From positions 42,842,001 to 42,906,000 of the forward strand of contig OX597819.1 in assembly GCA_951406725.2 (NCBI GenBank): DNA of 64,000 nt. The letters run 5' to 3'. This document shows, in pieces, positions 26,765 to 41,143 of this stretch. Within the stretch, counting starts at the first letter, position 1; every line of letters starts with the position of its first letter. The stretch is from Octopus vulgaris. Its lineage: Eukaryota. The notes beneath the pieces are model-generated. The model was not told where the DNA came from and ran no database searches. It saw only the letters and a list, made by a program, of their open reading frames with translations. The translations under genes were made by a program, and so were the position numbers.

Positions 26765-27160
26765 ACTCAAGTATGGTTGTATGGTTTTGAGCTCAGTCCT
26801 ACTGCATGGCATCTTAGGCAAGTGTCTTCTACCATACCCCCAGGTCAACCAAAGCCTCATGAGTGGACTGTGGATTTAATAGACTGGAAAAATCTCATTG
26901 TGTGTATGCTTCCTCATCTTGATATTGCACAATAGTTAACACGAGTATTTCAGCATACAAATGAAGTTGTTTATTTCCAGTCTTCCTCTATGAAAGCATG
27001 TCTGGCAACAGGGGAATATTACCCTGCATGGAAAGAGGTGAAAGTTGGTGACAGGAAGGGTGGGCATCTAGCCATAGAAAATCTGCTTCGACACATTCTG
27101 TCAGACTCAGACAAAAATGGAATAAGTGGACGTTAAAACAACGATGATGATGATGATGAT
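26765..27160 (+). mobile_element. Chimeric SINE: family A-like head and CORE with a family C-like (GAT)n tail
   Basis: GGCATCTTAGGCAAGTGTCTTCT, then GACAGGAAGGG…GCATCTAGCC and GGACGTTAAAACAACGATGATGAT. Confidence 0.7.
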
Positions 27161-28422
27161 ACCTAGCTAAGAACAGCCATTATTGAACATGCATGCTTGT
27201 TCTTTTTTTTATTGTTTTTTATTAGTCTTAGTGTTTTTTTTTAAAATTTCTCATGCTTTAAACTAAACAGGTGAACAGAAAAAAAAAACAACAGGAATAT
27301 ATAACAGCAATGCTGAATCAAGATTTGAAGAGTCGGAAAGTAAGGGAAAAAAATCATATTCCTTTCAAATATTAACAGTGTGGGGTGGGGTGGGGGCAGT
27401 ATATCTAAACACTTTCCATAAAAATCAATAAAGTTTTAACTATTTATAAATAGACAAACAACCACTTCAATCTAATTCCAATCAATTGGGACAATAGAAA
27501 AGAAATCGGAGAAGATATTACATATGCTGTCATTGTAATTTGTAGATTGACTGACATGTGTATAGCAATTCACTTCTTTTCACTATGATATTTTACTGGG
27601 TAACAACAAGAATCATACACCTATATAACTGCTTATTATGTTCTAATCATCCGGGCTAAGCACAAGTGAGCAGAGTAAAATGGCTGAATATTAAAGGCAG
27701 TTGTGTGCTGGTGATGTAAGCATGTAATGCGAATTAATAACACCTGCTGGTTGAGAGAGAGAGAGAGAGAGAAAAAAAAAAAAGAAAAAAAAGTGCCATG
27801 AGCTGACAATGAAAGATGTTTGTGGTGGACGAAAAAGAAAACACAAAAAGATTAGATGACATCAGATCTAAGAATGTGCGGCCTTCATAGATAAGATAAT
27901 AGAGATATTGTGTACTGCAAAATCCACACGAAGATAAAAAAAAATCATGTTTTGATGGTAATGATGAATCAACACACACACACACACACACAGTCATCTA
28001 ATATTGTCACTCAGTGTAACCGTTATAACTGAGGCTTGCATCTCTGGCAAGCTTGTGTTATACTATCAGAATATAGATTCATATCATTGTTTCCATGAGT
28101 GTATAAGAACAGTATGACAGAGGAGAAATAGGACAGAGTGGCCTGGATAATCCTATGAGACAATGGGGTAAATAGGATATTGAACATAAGCACTGATTAA
28201 GAATTAAGTGTTGGAGTGTAGCAGTATAGCTAGGGGGTGCTGAGTTCAATCCATGGATCAGTCAACCTATGCATGTATGTATAAACACATACTTGCTCAC
28301 TCACTCTAGCCGAAGCACAATGAACTAACAGTATCACATGTAACAGAACTAAAAAGAATATCCCCGGTACGGACAATGGAATGAGAACAATTTACCTATC
28401 ATGGACTCTCAAAGACAAAAAT

Positions 28423-28665
28423 CATCATCATCATCATCGTCGTTGTCGTCATCGTTTAACGTCCGCTTTCCAAGCTGGCATGGGCTGGATGATTTGACTG
28501 AGGACTGGCGAACCAGATGGCTGCACCAGACTCCAGTCTGATCTGGTAGAGTTCCTACAGCTGGATGCCCTTCCCAATGCCAACCACTCCGAGAGTGTAG
28601 TGGGTGCTTTTACATGCCACTGGCTCGAGGGCCAGTCAGGCGGTACTGGCAACGGCCACGCTCCT
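28423..28665 (-). mobile_element. Family C retroposon
   Basis: (CAT)n…CGTTTAACGTCCGCTTTCC…CTGGATGCCCTTCC matches the reverse complement of family C. Confidence 0.8.
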
Positions 28666-28776
28666 GATTCAAAATTCTGAGAACATTATCAAATGTGACG
28701 CACAGCTGAAGGCGGCTGTATGTTACAATGGCTGAAATGTTGTGACTAAAACAACCAAGAGTATCAGAGTATTTAA

Positions 28777-28995
28777 CCCTTTAGCATTCAGATTATTCTA
28801 TCAAATGTAATATTTATTCACATTATTTTGAATTAATATCACATTATCTTGTAGCTTTGAGATTTCAATGATGTGACTGTTTATTTTTAAGATGACATTG
28901 TTGGGTAGGTGTGAGAGGCTAGATCTAGTTGGTTTGAATATAAAAAAAAAGGTAAAATATTTGGGCTGGATATGGTCAGTTTAAGTGCTAAAGGG
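28777..28995. mobile_element. TTAA-flanked MITE family 2
   Basis: TTAA|CCCTTTAGCA…TGCTAAAGGG|TTAA, a perfect 10-bp TIR. Confidence 0.9.
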
Positions 28996-29204
28996 TTAAT
29001 AGTACCCATGCAGTTTGCAATTATATTTCTGGGTTCAAAGCTTACTCAGGAAGGAATGCCGGCAGCATATAAAGATGAGGAGAAACTAAACTGTAATGGG
29101 CATGCGGAATTTAATTTCAAGACCAACTAGAATGATGATGAGGAGGAAATGGAGTCATCACAGACATTAACAACAGCAGTAACAGAACTATAAGTCATAA
29201 AAAA

Positions 29205-29538
29205 AGGGTAAACATCCCCTTTGATCATGAATGACACTGGGATTGCACCAAGAAAGTTTCCCTCAGAGGCACAAGTCTGGGCAAGGTTATTTATGGAAGA
29301 CCAGCAGCCACCAATGCATACCAGCTTCCCCTCTCCCTGGCAAGAATATTATCCATGGAAAAAGCAAAGGCCGATACAGCTTGACACCAGTGACATCACT
29401 ACTCAATTTCTACAGCTGAGTGAACTGGATCAACATGAAATAAAGTGTCTTGCTCAAGAACACAACACACAGCCCAGTCCAAGAATCAAACCAACAATCC
29501 CACAAATGTAAGCCCAATGAGCCATGTGCCTTCACACC
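29205..29538 (-). mobile_element. SINE family E (tRNA-like head plus CORE-like domain)
   Basis: Minus strand reads GAAGGCACATGGCTC…GGTTTGATTC…GTGTTCTTGAGCAAGACACTTTATTTC…CCAGTTCACTCAGCTGTAGAAAT. Confidence 0.7.
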
Positions 29539-29842
29539 ATAAGCCATAAGCTAAATTTAATAAGCTGATAAAGTTGTTCTTGAAATGTTTGGTTCTGACA
29601 TTATTTTTCTGGAACCTCAGAATAACAAACTTCTCCTGCATTATTATATATTTTAGAGCATCAAAAGAAACCAGTAATTTCAAGTACAGAATAAATAATT
29701 TTGCTGCTATTTGTAGTGTTCTTTATGAATTCCAAATAATAGCAAAACTTAAGCAGCATGGAATGAAAAAAAAAAAAAAAATGGATACCAGAAATAGCAA
29801 TGTTTTAATTATATATATATACATACATACATACATACATAC

Positions 29843-29899
<57 letters not shown>

Positions 29900-30584
29900 T
29901 CCACAAGCTGCATAGTTTACACAAAGCAAAATATTATCTTCGTTCCTGCACTTATTAGTCTGTTAAAGGTATTCCTTCACAATTCCTACATAGAATTTGT
30001 TTCGTTTTACCTTGAATTTCTAAGATTCCATTTCATTCAGACATGTATTAAAGCTTCTCAGCAGACTACCCAAATAAGTTCAAAGTTATTAGCATATGGC
30101 AGCCTTTATGGTCAACCAGTGCTTAAAAAACCAGAGATGAAGTCATTTTGAAGTCATGATCAGCAATCTAGTGGTCCCAGGATGAAAAATGATACCACTG
30201 AACAAAACTTTGATCATATTTGACATTAAATGAGCCATTTATAAGAAAAGGAACTTCATGCATCTTCACATATGCACTCAATAGCCTCATGTTGTATGCT
30301 GCTCACCATGATGATTTTGTTGATATAAAGCTTTCAACAGAAACAATTCTGAGAAATAAAAATGTAATTGTATATCTTGAATTACAATCATCATCATCAT
30401 CATTATTTGTCAATCTCTAATTGTACCATATCATTGATAGCTATATACAGTCGACAGATATTAGCCTTCACTGGTTTTTTCACTAACTAATTATTAATTA
30501 CATTCAAACCTTTTGCTCATCAGTGATGTATCAATTAGTTAGTTGCATTAAGGAATCAATAGTTTCTTATACTAATGCTGGCGC

Positions 30585-30618
<34 letters not shown>

Positions 30619-30756
30619 TGGTAGTGGTGGTGGTAGTGTGTGTGTGTGTGTGGGGGGGGGGGGGGCAGTGTTATATTTACAGTAAGAGAGATTGGTGACA
30701 GCTATTGTTGCTTTCTGAAAGGTTTTTAACTGAATTGAAGAAAGTTGGATAATGAA

Positions 30757-30797
<41 letters not shown>

Positions 30798-31177
30798 TTA
30801 GGTCTAGTAGATAGATAAGAAAAGAAAGTAAAAAAAAAAATAAAAAAAAAAATAAAAGCATTTAAAACATCATTTGTATATGAACATAATTAGAATATTG
30901 AATGCTGAGTTTTGTCTGGAAAGAAAATAATGATCACCTAGAGGAAATGAAATAAATGGCTAAAGAGAACAAGAAGTTGCATTGGAAATCTATTCATTTT
31001 TAAAACACAATAACATTATATATTGTAGAGACTTTTCAGGTTCTTTTTATTCATTTCTTCTTCTTCTTTTTTTTAACCTTTTCTTGAACCTAACCCTGCA
31101 TGGGAAAATGCAAACATTTAAACCCAAGTAAGTAGTTAGAATAGTGAAAATAGCCAATAAATAAAATAAATAATCTG

Positions 31178-31790
31178 TTTTTACTATAGGCTCAAGGACT
31201 GAAATTTTAGGTCAATGTAACTGACCTCAGTAGTCAACTGGTACTTATTTCATCAACTCCAAAGGGATGAAAGGTACAGCTGACTTTGGCAGAATTCAGA
31301 TTCAGAATGTAAAAAACTAAAAGAAATGCCACTAAGCATTTTGTCCGATTTACTAACAATTCTGCCAGAATAATATCAGTAATAATAATAATAATAACAC
31401 AAGGCCCAAAATTTTGGGAGATGGTCTCTAGTTGATTACATAGAACCCAGTGCTCAACTGGCACTCATTTTATCAACCCCTAAAAGGGTGAAAAGCAAAG
31501 TAAACCTTTGCGGAATTTGAACTCAGAATGTAGTGATGGGTGAAACACTGCTAAGCATTTCATCCAGCATGCTAACAATTATACCAGCTCACTGTCTTAA
31601 TAATAATAATAATGATAGTAGTAGTAGTAGTAGTTTCTGATTTATGCACGAGGCCAGCAAAAGAGAGAGCAGTCAACACCATCAACCCAACACTTGACTG
31701 GTACTTTATTTAAATACAAAACAAAGTACAGAAACAAATACTGCAAAGAATTTTGTCTGGTGCTTTAATGACTTTGCCAACCCACTACCC
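31178..31790 (-). mobile_element. Array of three SINE family B copies separated by (AAT)n
   Basis: Repeated (C/T)CAAGG../CGAGGCC tail, CTGG(T/C)ACT(T/C)ATT core and TGCCA head units. Confidence 0.82.
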
Positions 31791-32601
31791 TTTCTAATAA
31801 CAACATCAACAATAATAATGATACATGTTTAAGAAAGAAAAGAAAGAAAAAGCTGATTTACAAACTAAATAACACCTATTGGGAAAATGTTGAGCATAAA
31901 TCTTGCCTGAATGACAATGGAATTAGCTAATTAAGAAACTTAACTGGGAAAGAACTGGTATTTAGTCAGTGTATGAGGTTAATTACTCCACCATCACCCA
32001 TGAAAAAAATAAATAAACAAAAGAAGTAATTAAACTTGTAAAACATAAAAGAAAAATTTTTTAAAAAAATGTTTAGTCACCAGGGAGCAAAATAAGGTTT
32101 TAAGCTAAAAATGTTCAAGTTGATAAATGGTATCTTCTTCAGTTCTATTTCTAACCCTCACCCCCCAATAAGTTGAATACATACAGGGGAAAGAATAAAA
32201 ATTAAATTCAAGAAGACAGGTGTTGGGGGGAAGGAGAAGAAAAAAAAAAAAAAGAAATTGCAAATGAACTGAATCTATGAATTCAGTGAAAACTTAAAGC
32301 AACACCTGTAGATCACACTCTATTGCCCAAGTACTACATTTTGGGATTAACTAATGCATTTACTGAGGCTCCTTACTAAATATGTAAAAAGTAAATGCTA
32401 ATCAGTTATTGTGATCTGAGCTCATGTATACCCTGCCCTCAAAATTGCTGGCCTTGTGCTAAATTAATATTTATGGTGTGCAATGAATCTTTTACATTCA
32501 AATTCAACGTCCTTGATACCGGGTCACAACTAGTTCCGTTAGGTATCAAGGACCTTTCTTACAATCCTTGCTGCTCCCAATAGAGCAGATTTCTGAATTA
32601 A

Positions 32602-32822
32602 CCCTTTAGTGTTTGAATTATTCTGCCAACATTAATCCTTTTTTATCCACATTGCCTTGAACTGATCAGGCATTATCTTGGTGCTATGAGATTTTGATGA
32701 GGTAGCCGTTAATTTTTAAAATGATATTGTAGGGCTGGTGTGAGAGACCAGATCTGGCCAGTCTGAACATAAAACAGGTTGAATACTTTTGGCCGGATAT
32801 GGCTGGTTTAAATGCTAAAGGG
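32602..32822. mobile_element. TTAA-flanked MITE family 2
   Basis: TTAA|CCCTTTAG…CTAAAGGG|TTAA, colinear with 28777-28995. Confidence 0.9.
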
Positions 32823-33871
32823 TTAATTAATGCAGCTCTTGAAGTTACGCCAATCTCAATAAGGAAGCTATAAAAGCTCGGTTACCTTAGTAGAAACCCT
32901 TTACAGTTGTTGTATTTCTCTGGCCAAATCCTGGTGCTTTTTCTAATTTTCCCTGTTCTTTCTTTAACCACTACATTCATGTTAGCAGATATAACCACAT
33001 TTATGATGGTGCATTTTTTTCTCCCCAAGTCAAGAACCATAATATCTGGTCATCTGGCATGAATTTCACGATTAGTCTGTATATTAAAAGCCCTATTGTA
33101 ATTATTATTACTTCCGCCCTAACGAAGGCAGATGTATTGTTTTCAGTCGTGTTTGCTTGTTTGTTTGTCTGTGGACAAGATATCTCAGCATGGGCAACTG
33201 TTTTTGAGAAGTGCTATAATAGACTGGAGCAACCTTTCCATATTCAACTGATCCTTATTTTACCATCAGTGAAAAAGAGTGAAAGAATTAAAAAAAAAAA
33301 AAAATGAAGTTGATTTTTGGCAGAGTTTAAACTTACAACACAAGGCTATACAAATGAATATCGCAAAGCATTTTTGTCTATCGCTCTACTGAGTCTGCCA
33401 ACATAATACCGAAACATCGTTCCCAAGCCTGAATTTAATTAATTCAACACCTACGATAAGAAGACATGTTTGAATGGACAGTATCATGCTAAATGAAAAT
33501 ATTGGCAAAGCAGTGATGCTACAATGATCTTGGTTATCTTACAGAATAATTTGTAAAACTTTTTTATCTTTGAAAGTTCATTTTGTCAAAAAGAAACACA
33601 GATAGTGGTTGTATTTCCCTTCTTTTATTATTATCATTATTATTATTATTATTAGTGGCAGTAGTAGTTTTTGTTGTTGTTGTTGTTGTTGTCGTCATCA
33701 ACTAGTTAACCAATTAACTAATAGATTGCCTGATTAAATGTTCAATCAATCAGTTAGTTTGTCAGAACCCTTTCACCGATATTTGCAACCTCATCAATGA
33801 CATGTCCTCGTTAGTCCAAGTGCTGATCTTAATCAAGAAATCAATCATTTGACTGGTTATCTAGTTGACAA

Positions 33872-33915
<44 letters not shown>

Positions 33916-34116
33916 GTATAATAGAATCAGTGCGTGTGATTCTTTATAAGCAAAATGACCCTCCCAAGATAAAAACAACATCTGGTTTGATGCACCATTT
34001 CAAATGAAGAATCTTACAAAACAAATGCAAAAAGGAAATTTGTGAAGTGTAGGATAAAACTAATTTGCATAACGACAAAATCTCAAGTCATTGCTCTTGT
34101 TTTTGATATTATTATT

Positions 34117-35085
34117 AAGGTGCTAAGCTGGCAGAATCGTTAGCACGGAGGGCAAAATGCTTAGCAGTATTTCATCTGCTGCCACATTCTGAGTTCAATT
34201 TCGCCAAGCTCGACTTTGCCTTTCATCCTTTCAGGGTTGATAAATTAAGTACCAGTTACGCACTAGGGTTGATGTAATCGACTAGTCCCCCTCCCTCCAA
34301 ATTTCAAGGCCTTGTGCCTTCAGTAGAAAGCATTATTGTTATTGTTTCTGTTGTTGAAGGCTGACAAACAACCTGTAAAATAATTAATGTAATTAATGAA
34401 ATAAGAACACCTGTGGAGATATCTTCTAATTGTTACATACTACATGTCACGGTCTGTTAATAACAAGTAAAGAAACAAACCCTGGCTGATTAATTCTATG
34501 TAAATACAAACCATGTCATTCTGACAGCTTGTATAGTTTTCTTTTATTTATTTATTTTGCTTCCAAAAGAGGTTAGCAGAGAAACCACACACACAGACAC
34601 ACAATCAAAAGTATAAACAGTTTCAAGCAGCGTTATTTACTAATGACAAACAATTATATTCAATTTTCTGATCATTATCTACAATTAATATTATATAGCT
34701 TCAGTGTAAGGCAGTGAGCTGGCAGAATTGTTAGCACGCCTAGCAAAATGCTTAGCAACATTTAGTTCGACTTTATTGCTCTGAGTTCAGATTCCGCCAG
34801 GGTCAACTTTACCTTTCGCCTTTTTGGGGTCAATAAAATAAGAACCAGTTGATCACTGGGGCTTGATGGCCTTGTGCCAAAATTTGAAGCCAATTCCACT
34901 TTTGTCTAAAGTGGTGAGCTGGCAGAATCATTACCATGCCAAGCAAAAATACTAAATGGCATTTTGCCCGTCTTTATATTCTGAGTTCAAATGCTGTCAG
35001 TGTTGGTAAAATAAGTACCAACAGATTATTGGGGGTCGATGTAATTGACTTACCCCTACACCTTAACTTGCTGGTCTTGTGCCAT
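34117..35085 (+). mobile_element. Three SINE family B copies (34117-34335, 34708-34890, 34908-35085) with a unique spacer
   Basis: Each begins AGCTGGCAGAAT and contains CTGAGTTCA. The last two are head-to-tail. Confidence 0.88.
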
Positions 35086-35672
35086 AGCTTCAGTGGTATG
35101 ACTGATGACTGTACAAGATAACCTGAAGAAAGAGCCTCTTAATTCTAAAACTACATGCCTAATAATTTCAGTTGAGATCTCTTCAGGTTTTCAGAAGTTG
35201 GTTCATCATATTTCAGAGTCATTTTCATCAATGTAAACATCCAACAACCCAAATATTATACATAAAGAGTTCCTGTATTAATAATGTCTGTCTAGTCTGT
35301 GAATAACTTTTACTGAAGAAAGCAATTAATGAAATTTGGACAGGAAGAAACTGAATGCAAAAGCTAGACTAAACAGCATGTGGATAAGAAGTGTGTGAGT
35401 ATAATGTAATTCATACGTCTCTGGAGTTTATGGCATCATGCAAATGAGATGGAACGCTAATCTATGACAGGTAAACATTTACAAATATTCTGGTAACTAT
35501 TCTTGACAGCTTGGGGAACTGAAACAATGTATAATATAGGATTCTGTGTCCAGAAACACAATTGTAGTATATTACTAGATTTGAACTCACAACATGGGAG
35601 CAGGAAGTAAAATGTATATCCATTAACATGTGTGTGTTGAAGTATATAAAAACATGTTCAGAATATATGTAA

Positions 35673-36140
35673 CCTCTTAGCTTTCAGATTACTTGTTAAA
35701 TATAATGCTTATTTATTGACATTGTTTTGAACTAATCATGCATTATCTCATAGCTTTGAGATTTCAATGATGTGGCTATTTAAGAATGACATTGTAGGGT
35801 TGGTGTGAGAGACCCTGAGGGTCCATATAAAATTGAGAAGTGGGGTGCACACAACAAAATAGTAAATCAAGGATCCACAATACTATTTTAAATGCCCCTG
35901 AAAAAATTTTGCTTTAGATGTATGTATTGCTATGTATTGAAAGACAAACAGCTAGGTTCTAGACTTCTTTACCTAATATTCTACATAGTTCAACCTACAC
36001 AAGTTAATGTGCGAAAAAAAATTGAAATTTTTTAAGGAACTTTCTATAAAGCTAATTTTCCAACATCAAATGACTAAAGGGTCTACCAAACTAAAATAGT
36101 AATCAAAGGGATCCATAGATAAGAAATGGCTGAGAACTCG
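35673..36140. mobile_element. Truncated MITE family 2 (35673-35813) joined to a hAT-like non-autonomous fragment
   Basis: Left part matches MITE 2. The right part has repeated GG(T/A)TCCA subterminal motifs and ends GGCTGAGAAC. A related left end CAATGGTTCACAAC…GGGTCCAT lies at ~46983. Confidence 0.55.
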
Positions 36141-39113
36141 ATTTATAGCTTTATCTACTTCAAGTTCCACTATTTCAAAAAGAAATTATTTCATGTTCTC
36201 TCAAAGTTTTTAAACTCTTATGGCATCAACAATATATGTACATATTACATACATACATATATACATACATACATATATATAAAGCTTAGAATTGATACAA
36301 ACTGCAGAGCAATATTAATGTGGTTTTAAATAAAGAGCTTATTCGTATGGTTACATCAAGTGTTAGTGTTGTGGCTCGGTCATTAACAATGACAAGGACT
36401 AAAATCATTACCAACTGGGAAGTGTCTCGTTGAATCTAGTTTCCATTTCCAACCACCAGTCCCATGGAGAAGGACTGTTGGCATTAAGCGGACTAGTGAA
36501 TTTAAGTAGGACTGACCTGAACTTCTGCTGAAGTAATTGTTAAGAATTCATTCAAGCTGCTGTCACAAATTCACACACCCACACTCTCATTGCATACAAG
36601 GCCGATGACAGGAGAGGATTATACCATATTTGACAAGTTTAGTGCATCTAATGGAATTTCTTATGGTGTCATGCTTACATTTACGCAACATGTTGCATCA
36701 AATATAAAGAGCACACACACACAAATACACAGAAGAGAACAAACATAAGCAACTTGTAGAAGTCTGAATTCATGTTGTTTTATTGTTGGTAGCCTGGTGT
36801 AATTACCAAACTACACCATACAGGATTTTATAATGGATACCAAACTATCGAGGAAATTACAATGAAGCATAACAAAAGAAAACGAAAAAAGAAAATGCAG
36901 TGTTGCTTTTCTTTTATATGCTCTTTTATATCTGCATCAATGCTTTGTTTAAATGTAAATATGCATTCGCAGTTGATGCAAACACATGTAAATTAAAAAA
37001 AATTGAAATTACATCTTTTAGATAAGTAACAATGACAAAGCTATCCGATATAAAGCACTTCTAGCACCAGATTAGAGTACTAGGCTACTAATAACAGTAG
37101 TAGCACAGTCATTGTGTTGTATGCCTAAGCATCCAACTGCCTACTCCTGGATGAACAAATTACAGGCTCCACATCCATTTCAATGAACCAAACCAGAAAG
37201 AAAAAAAAAGGGAAGAACAAATATGATTGGCAAAGAAAATGAGCCCAAATCTGGGGGATACTGCATGGAAGGGCCATTGATAGCAGCCACCAAAGTCAAA
37301 CATCTGTTTTCAAGTAGCTTTACTTCCAGCGTTGTCCACACTATGCTAGCATACAAAATACATAGGTAAGTAAAAGATCAGTTTATTGTATGTGGAGGGA
37401 ATTTCAAACATAAAGGGGATACAACAAAAAGCAAACGAACAGAAAACACAGCTTGCCTTAAGAGAAAGTAATAGAAATTATAGAATAAAACAACTCAATA
37501 TATTAATCTTGCTAAGCTTCATGTTTTCTGTCAGGCACACAGTTAAAATACATTTCTCCTTCACCCTTGCACAAACACAAATATCCAATCCTTTTGTAAA
37601 GCAGGCATAGACTTTTTTCCCTCCTCCCTCAAGTGTGAAATTAAAAGAGAAAATAGTGAATGAGAAAACTGATTTCATTTATATAAATACGGCTCAGGCA
37701 ACAAAACAAGTTTATGTCTACAGAAGCTAACAGATTAAGTTAATCCAACACAAAAGAGTAAATGACAAAAAGAAATTAATTTCATTAGCAGTGTCAAAGT
37801 TACTGGGTCGTGTAAATACTGGCTCTCTTTTCACCTCCAATTTACCTCACACTATTTTCTGAACAGTGAAACTTACAATGAAAATATTAATTAGGACCAG
37901 AATAAAATATATAAACAAAATTAAACAAGCAAAAACAATTAGTACTTTAAAACCCCGGGTAGAGGCAACAGCCTGTTCAGGAGAACTTTTTTTTTTTTGC
38001 TTGCCTCGATAATTTAGTAAAAAGGTAAGACCACTCTTACAAATGACATGTGCCCATCAGAATGGTTCGTTTGATTAAAAGTGGGCAAGGAGAGGAGGAA
38101 AAAAAAATCATGGACTGTCTTTGTAAGTATGGATCTGTTTCGCTCACAAATTTTTTTATTATTTTTTTTAACTAAAGAGTTTGAAACTTCATACACTGGT
38201 GAAATTTCTCATGCTCAACACAGTTTACTTTCAACATTTTGGGCAAAATTTCGTATTTTAGAAGTTATTTTGTGTTAAAATTGTTGTATTTGGATAATTT
38301 TGACCAATCAACAATATGTATTCAGTTGAAGAAAGCTACTGTTGTTTGCGATAGTAATCAAAGAGGAACAACTTCAGGGTCATCTCTACTAAATGTCACC
38401 ACTCTGTTCTATCTTATTTTTGTTTACTGCCTGTGTTGCACATTACATGCTTTTTTTTCCTTTTTTTTTTTGGTTCTCATGTTGGAATAACCAGTAAACA
38501 TTGAAAAATCAACACAAAGAAGGAAGAAATATTATTTACATATATTTATTCATTTGCCCGACATGTAGTTAGAGATATAGCAGTAATTGTAGTGGCAGTG
38601 ACAAGTTCACTCGCTGATTGGTAGTTGATAGTGTTGAAAGTAATCCATATTGAGCGTGAGAAATTACACCAGTATACAAAGATTCAAACTGTTTAGTTTT
38701 AAAAAATAATTAAAAAATCTGATAGTGAAACTGAACAGATCCAAAAGCACAAATTATATTAGGTAAACTCCTTCCAAGTCTTCCTTCCATTTTAGCTTTA
38801 AGGAAAAGTCCTTGTCTTTCTCAGACGCCCTCACAATCATGATTTATAAGGATTATAATCACTCCCTATCATTCAGTTTCCTTAAGCAAAACTGTTCCAC
38901 CTATGGACACTTAGAAATTCAGCTGCTACCATAGAGCAAACACACTGTATACACCAATGTATGTGTACACACACACACACACACACACACACAAAGAGAG
39001 AAGCAGAGAGACAAAAAAATAAATCAATGAAATCTAAATAAAACTTAATCCCCACCTCTTCACATGGACCTTGTTCTTAGAGGAGAGAGGGGTAGGTAGA
39101 GACAGTGTGTGTG

Positions 39114-39148
<35 letters not shown>

Positions 39149-40922
39149 AACTAGCCTAAAGAGAAGGGTTAGGTCCCCTGCTCATTTACTCCCCACTGCT
39201 GCCACCCCCACCCTCTACCTCCCTCAGCCCCATAGAAGAACCAACCACTCCACTGCAGAGACTGACACATTCCCACAGTGGGGTAGACCGGTGCAACAAT
39301 ATCACATCTACTAACAACATCCAATCATCAAGTGCACTTAAGTCAAGGGAAGGGCAACAACAACAACAACAACAACAATAAACTAGCAGAAGGAGTGGGG
39401 AGGGAAAACTAGTGAAGGTGTTATATAGAAAGATTGGTGGTGGTGGCAGAGGAGCTAAAACTGCTAAAGAATGAGAGACCAAAGAGAGTGGAAGGAGGAG
39501 AAAGGAAGACACAGAAAGTTTATGAGCTAGAACAGTGCTGCGGTGCTCTGCCCTCCTGGTTATTGTATTTAGTTTGCACATAACACTAAGTAGTCTGTAC
39601 ACAATGTATAGTTTTGTAAGTGAGCGCGTGTGTGCATACACACATTATAAATAAATACACCTTTGCAACAAAGGTACTTTTCCCAGATATCAATTGAAAT
39701 CTACTGTTTAAAAAGTTGAAGAAAATGAAGGAAAATGTACGAATGACAGACATAGATTACGAATTATAATCTAAGCCAAGGTCTTCAAATGGACATGAGA
39801 GGGGAGAGAGAGAGAGAATATTATGATTAAAAAAAATGAAATAATAAAATATTCTTTATATAAGATGACCAAATCTATGCTGTTCAGTGTATAATGTGTA
39901 TGTATTATCTTCCTCACTGTATCCAATGTCTTTTGGAAATGGAAAAATCTTAAATGGTAAATGGAAGGAACTTATTTTACAAACAACATTAGACACACAT
40001 GGATAGAAATGTACATCAGAAACTGTTTTGCTGCAACTAAAATGCTATTGTTGCCTTTGCTTCTTTTACATCCCACCTTCCCACCCGTTTGTGTTTCTTG
40101 CACAATTCTACAAGACGGAGGAGCAAGATTTGCGTTCTATATGCTCTAATTCATTCTCAGAATACACACACATACACACAAAGTAAAGAGACAGAAGAAC
40201 TAGATTCATGAAATATTAAAAACATTGTGTAAGATGAAAGGAATTAACACAAGAAAACAAACCTAACTCACAGTTCCAATAATAAATAGAAAATTTTAAA
40301 AAAAAATGTAAATGAACTCCCAAAGTGAAAAAGTAAAATGTAAGGCAGTGAGGAGAAAAAAAAAAGCCCCAACCCCTTCCCTAATCAGATCTCCATGCAG
40401 TCATCAAGTAGTTTGAATGGAATATGTTCTGAATGAAAACAAATCCGAGCTACTCCAAGATAAAAACCATAGTTTCTTTTGGCAAAGTAGCTTTGGAATA
40501 GCTTTGGAATAATCATAGAAACTTAGGAGCCGTTAGTGATAAAGAAAGCCCACAAAGAACTCAAATACTGATGCTGCAAAAACACACTATGGCTCTTGGA
40601 TTCTTAAAACTGTTTTGTTCACAGAACCATGATTGCTAAAATCCTTTCAAAGTCTGCCACATTCATTCGGGTTCATTTGGAATATCACTGTTTTTGTGGT
40701 TCACATATAAAAACTACAATAGTTGTCGCTCAAAATTGAGACCAATTTAGCAGCATGCACTATGGTTTCGTATTTAAGGTGCTTACATAATCATAAGCAG
40801 ACACAGAGATCATTGTGAGCCTCATACACACATACATATATGCATGCACACATATACACAAACTGTTAACACACTGGATGAAATGCTGAATGGCATTTCA
40901 TCCATCTCTATGTTCTCATTAA

Positions 40923-41143
40923 CCCTTTCGCTACCGTATTTATTTTGAGATGCTCTGCGTTTCTTTCAATTATTTTAAATATAACAAAGAATTTAGTAAA
41001 ATAACTTCCTTATCATTAAGCTAGTGTGGGGAACATAAATTGAGACTAAGGTTTGGTGGAAGATTTTAATTCAAAACTTATGAAAACAAGACATTTGTAC
41101 TACAGAGCCACAGCCAGTTTCAGCTGGGTTGATAACAAAAGGG
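40923..41143. mobile_element. TTAA-flanked MITE family 1 inserted in a SINE family B copy
   Basis: TTAA|CCCTTTCG…CAAAAGGG|TTAA, with SINE-B 5' part on the left (40860-40918) and 3' part on the right (41148-41283). Confidence 0.88.

Noticed and set aside
27740-27795. Strong-looking minus-strand acceptor (TC)n-AACCAGCAG
   Set aside because: The pyrimidine tract is a microsatellite, and there is no good donor or recognisable coding frame downstream.
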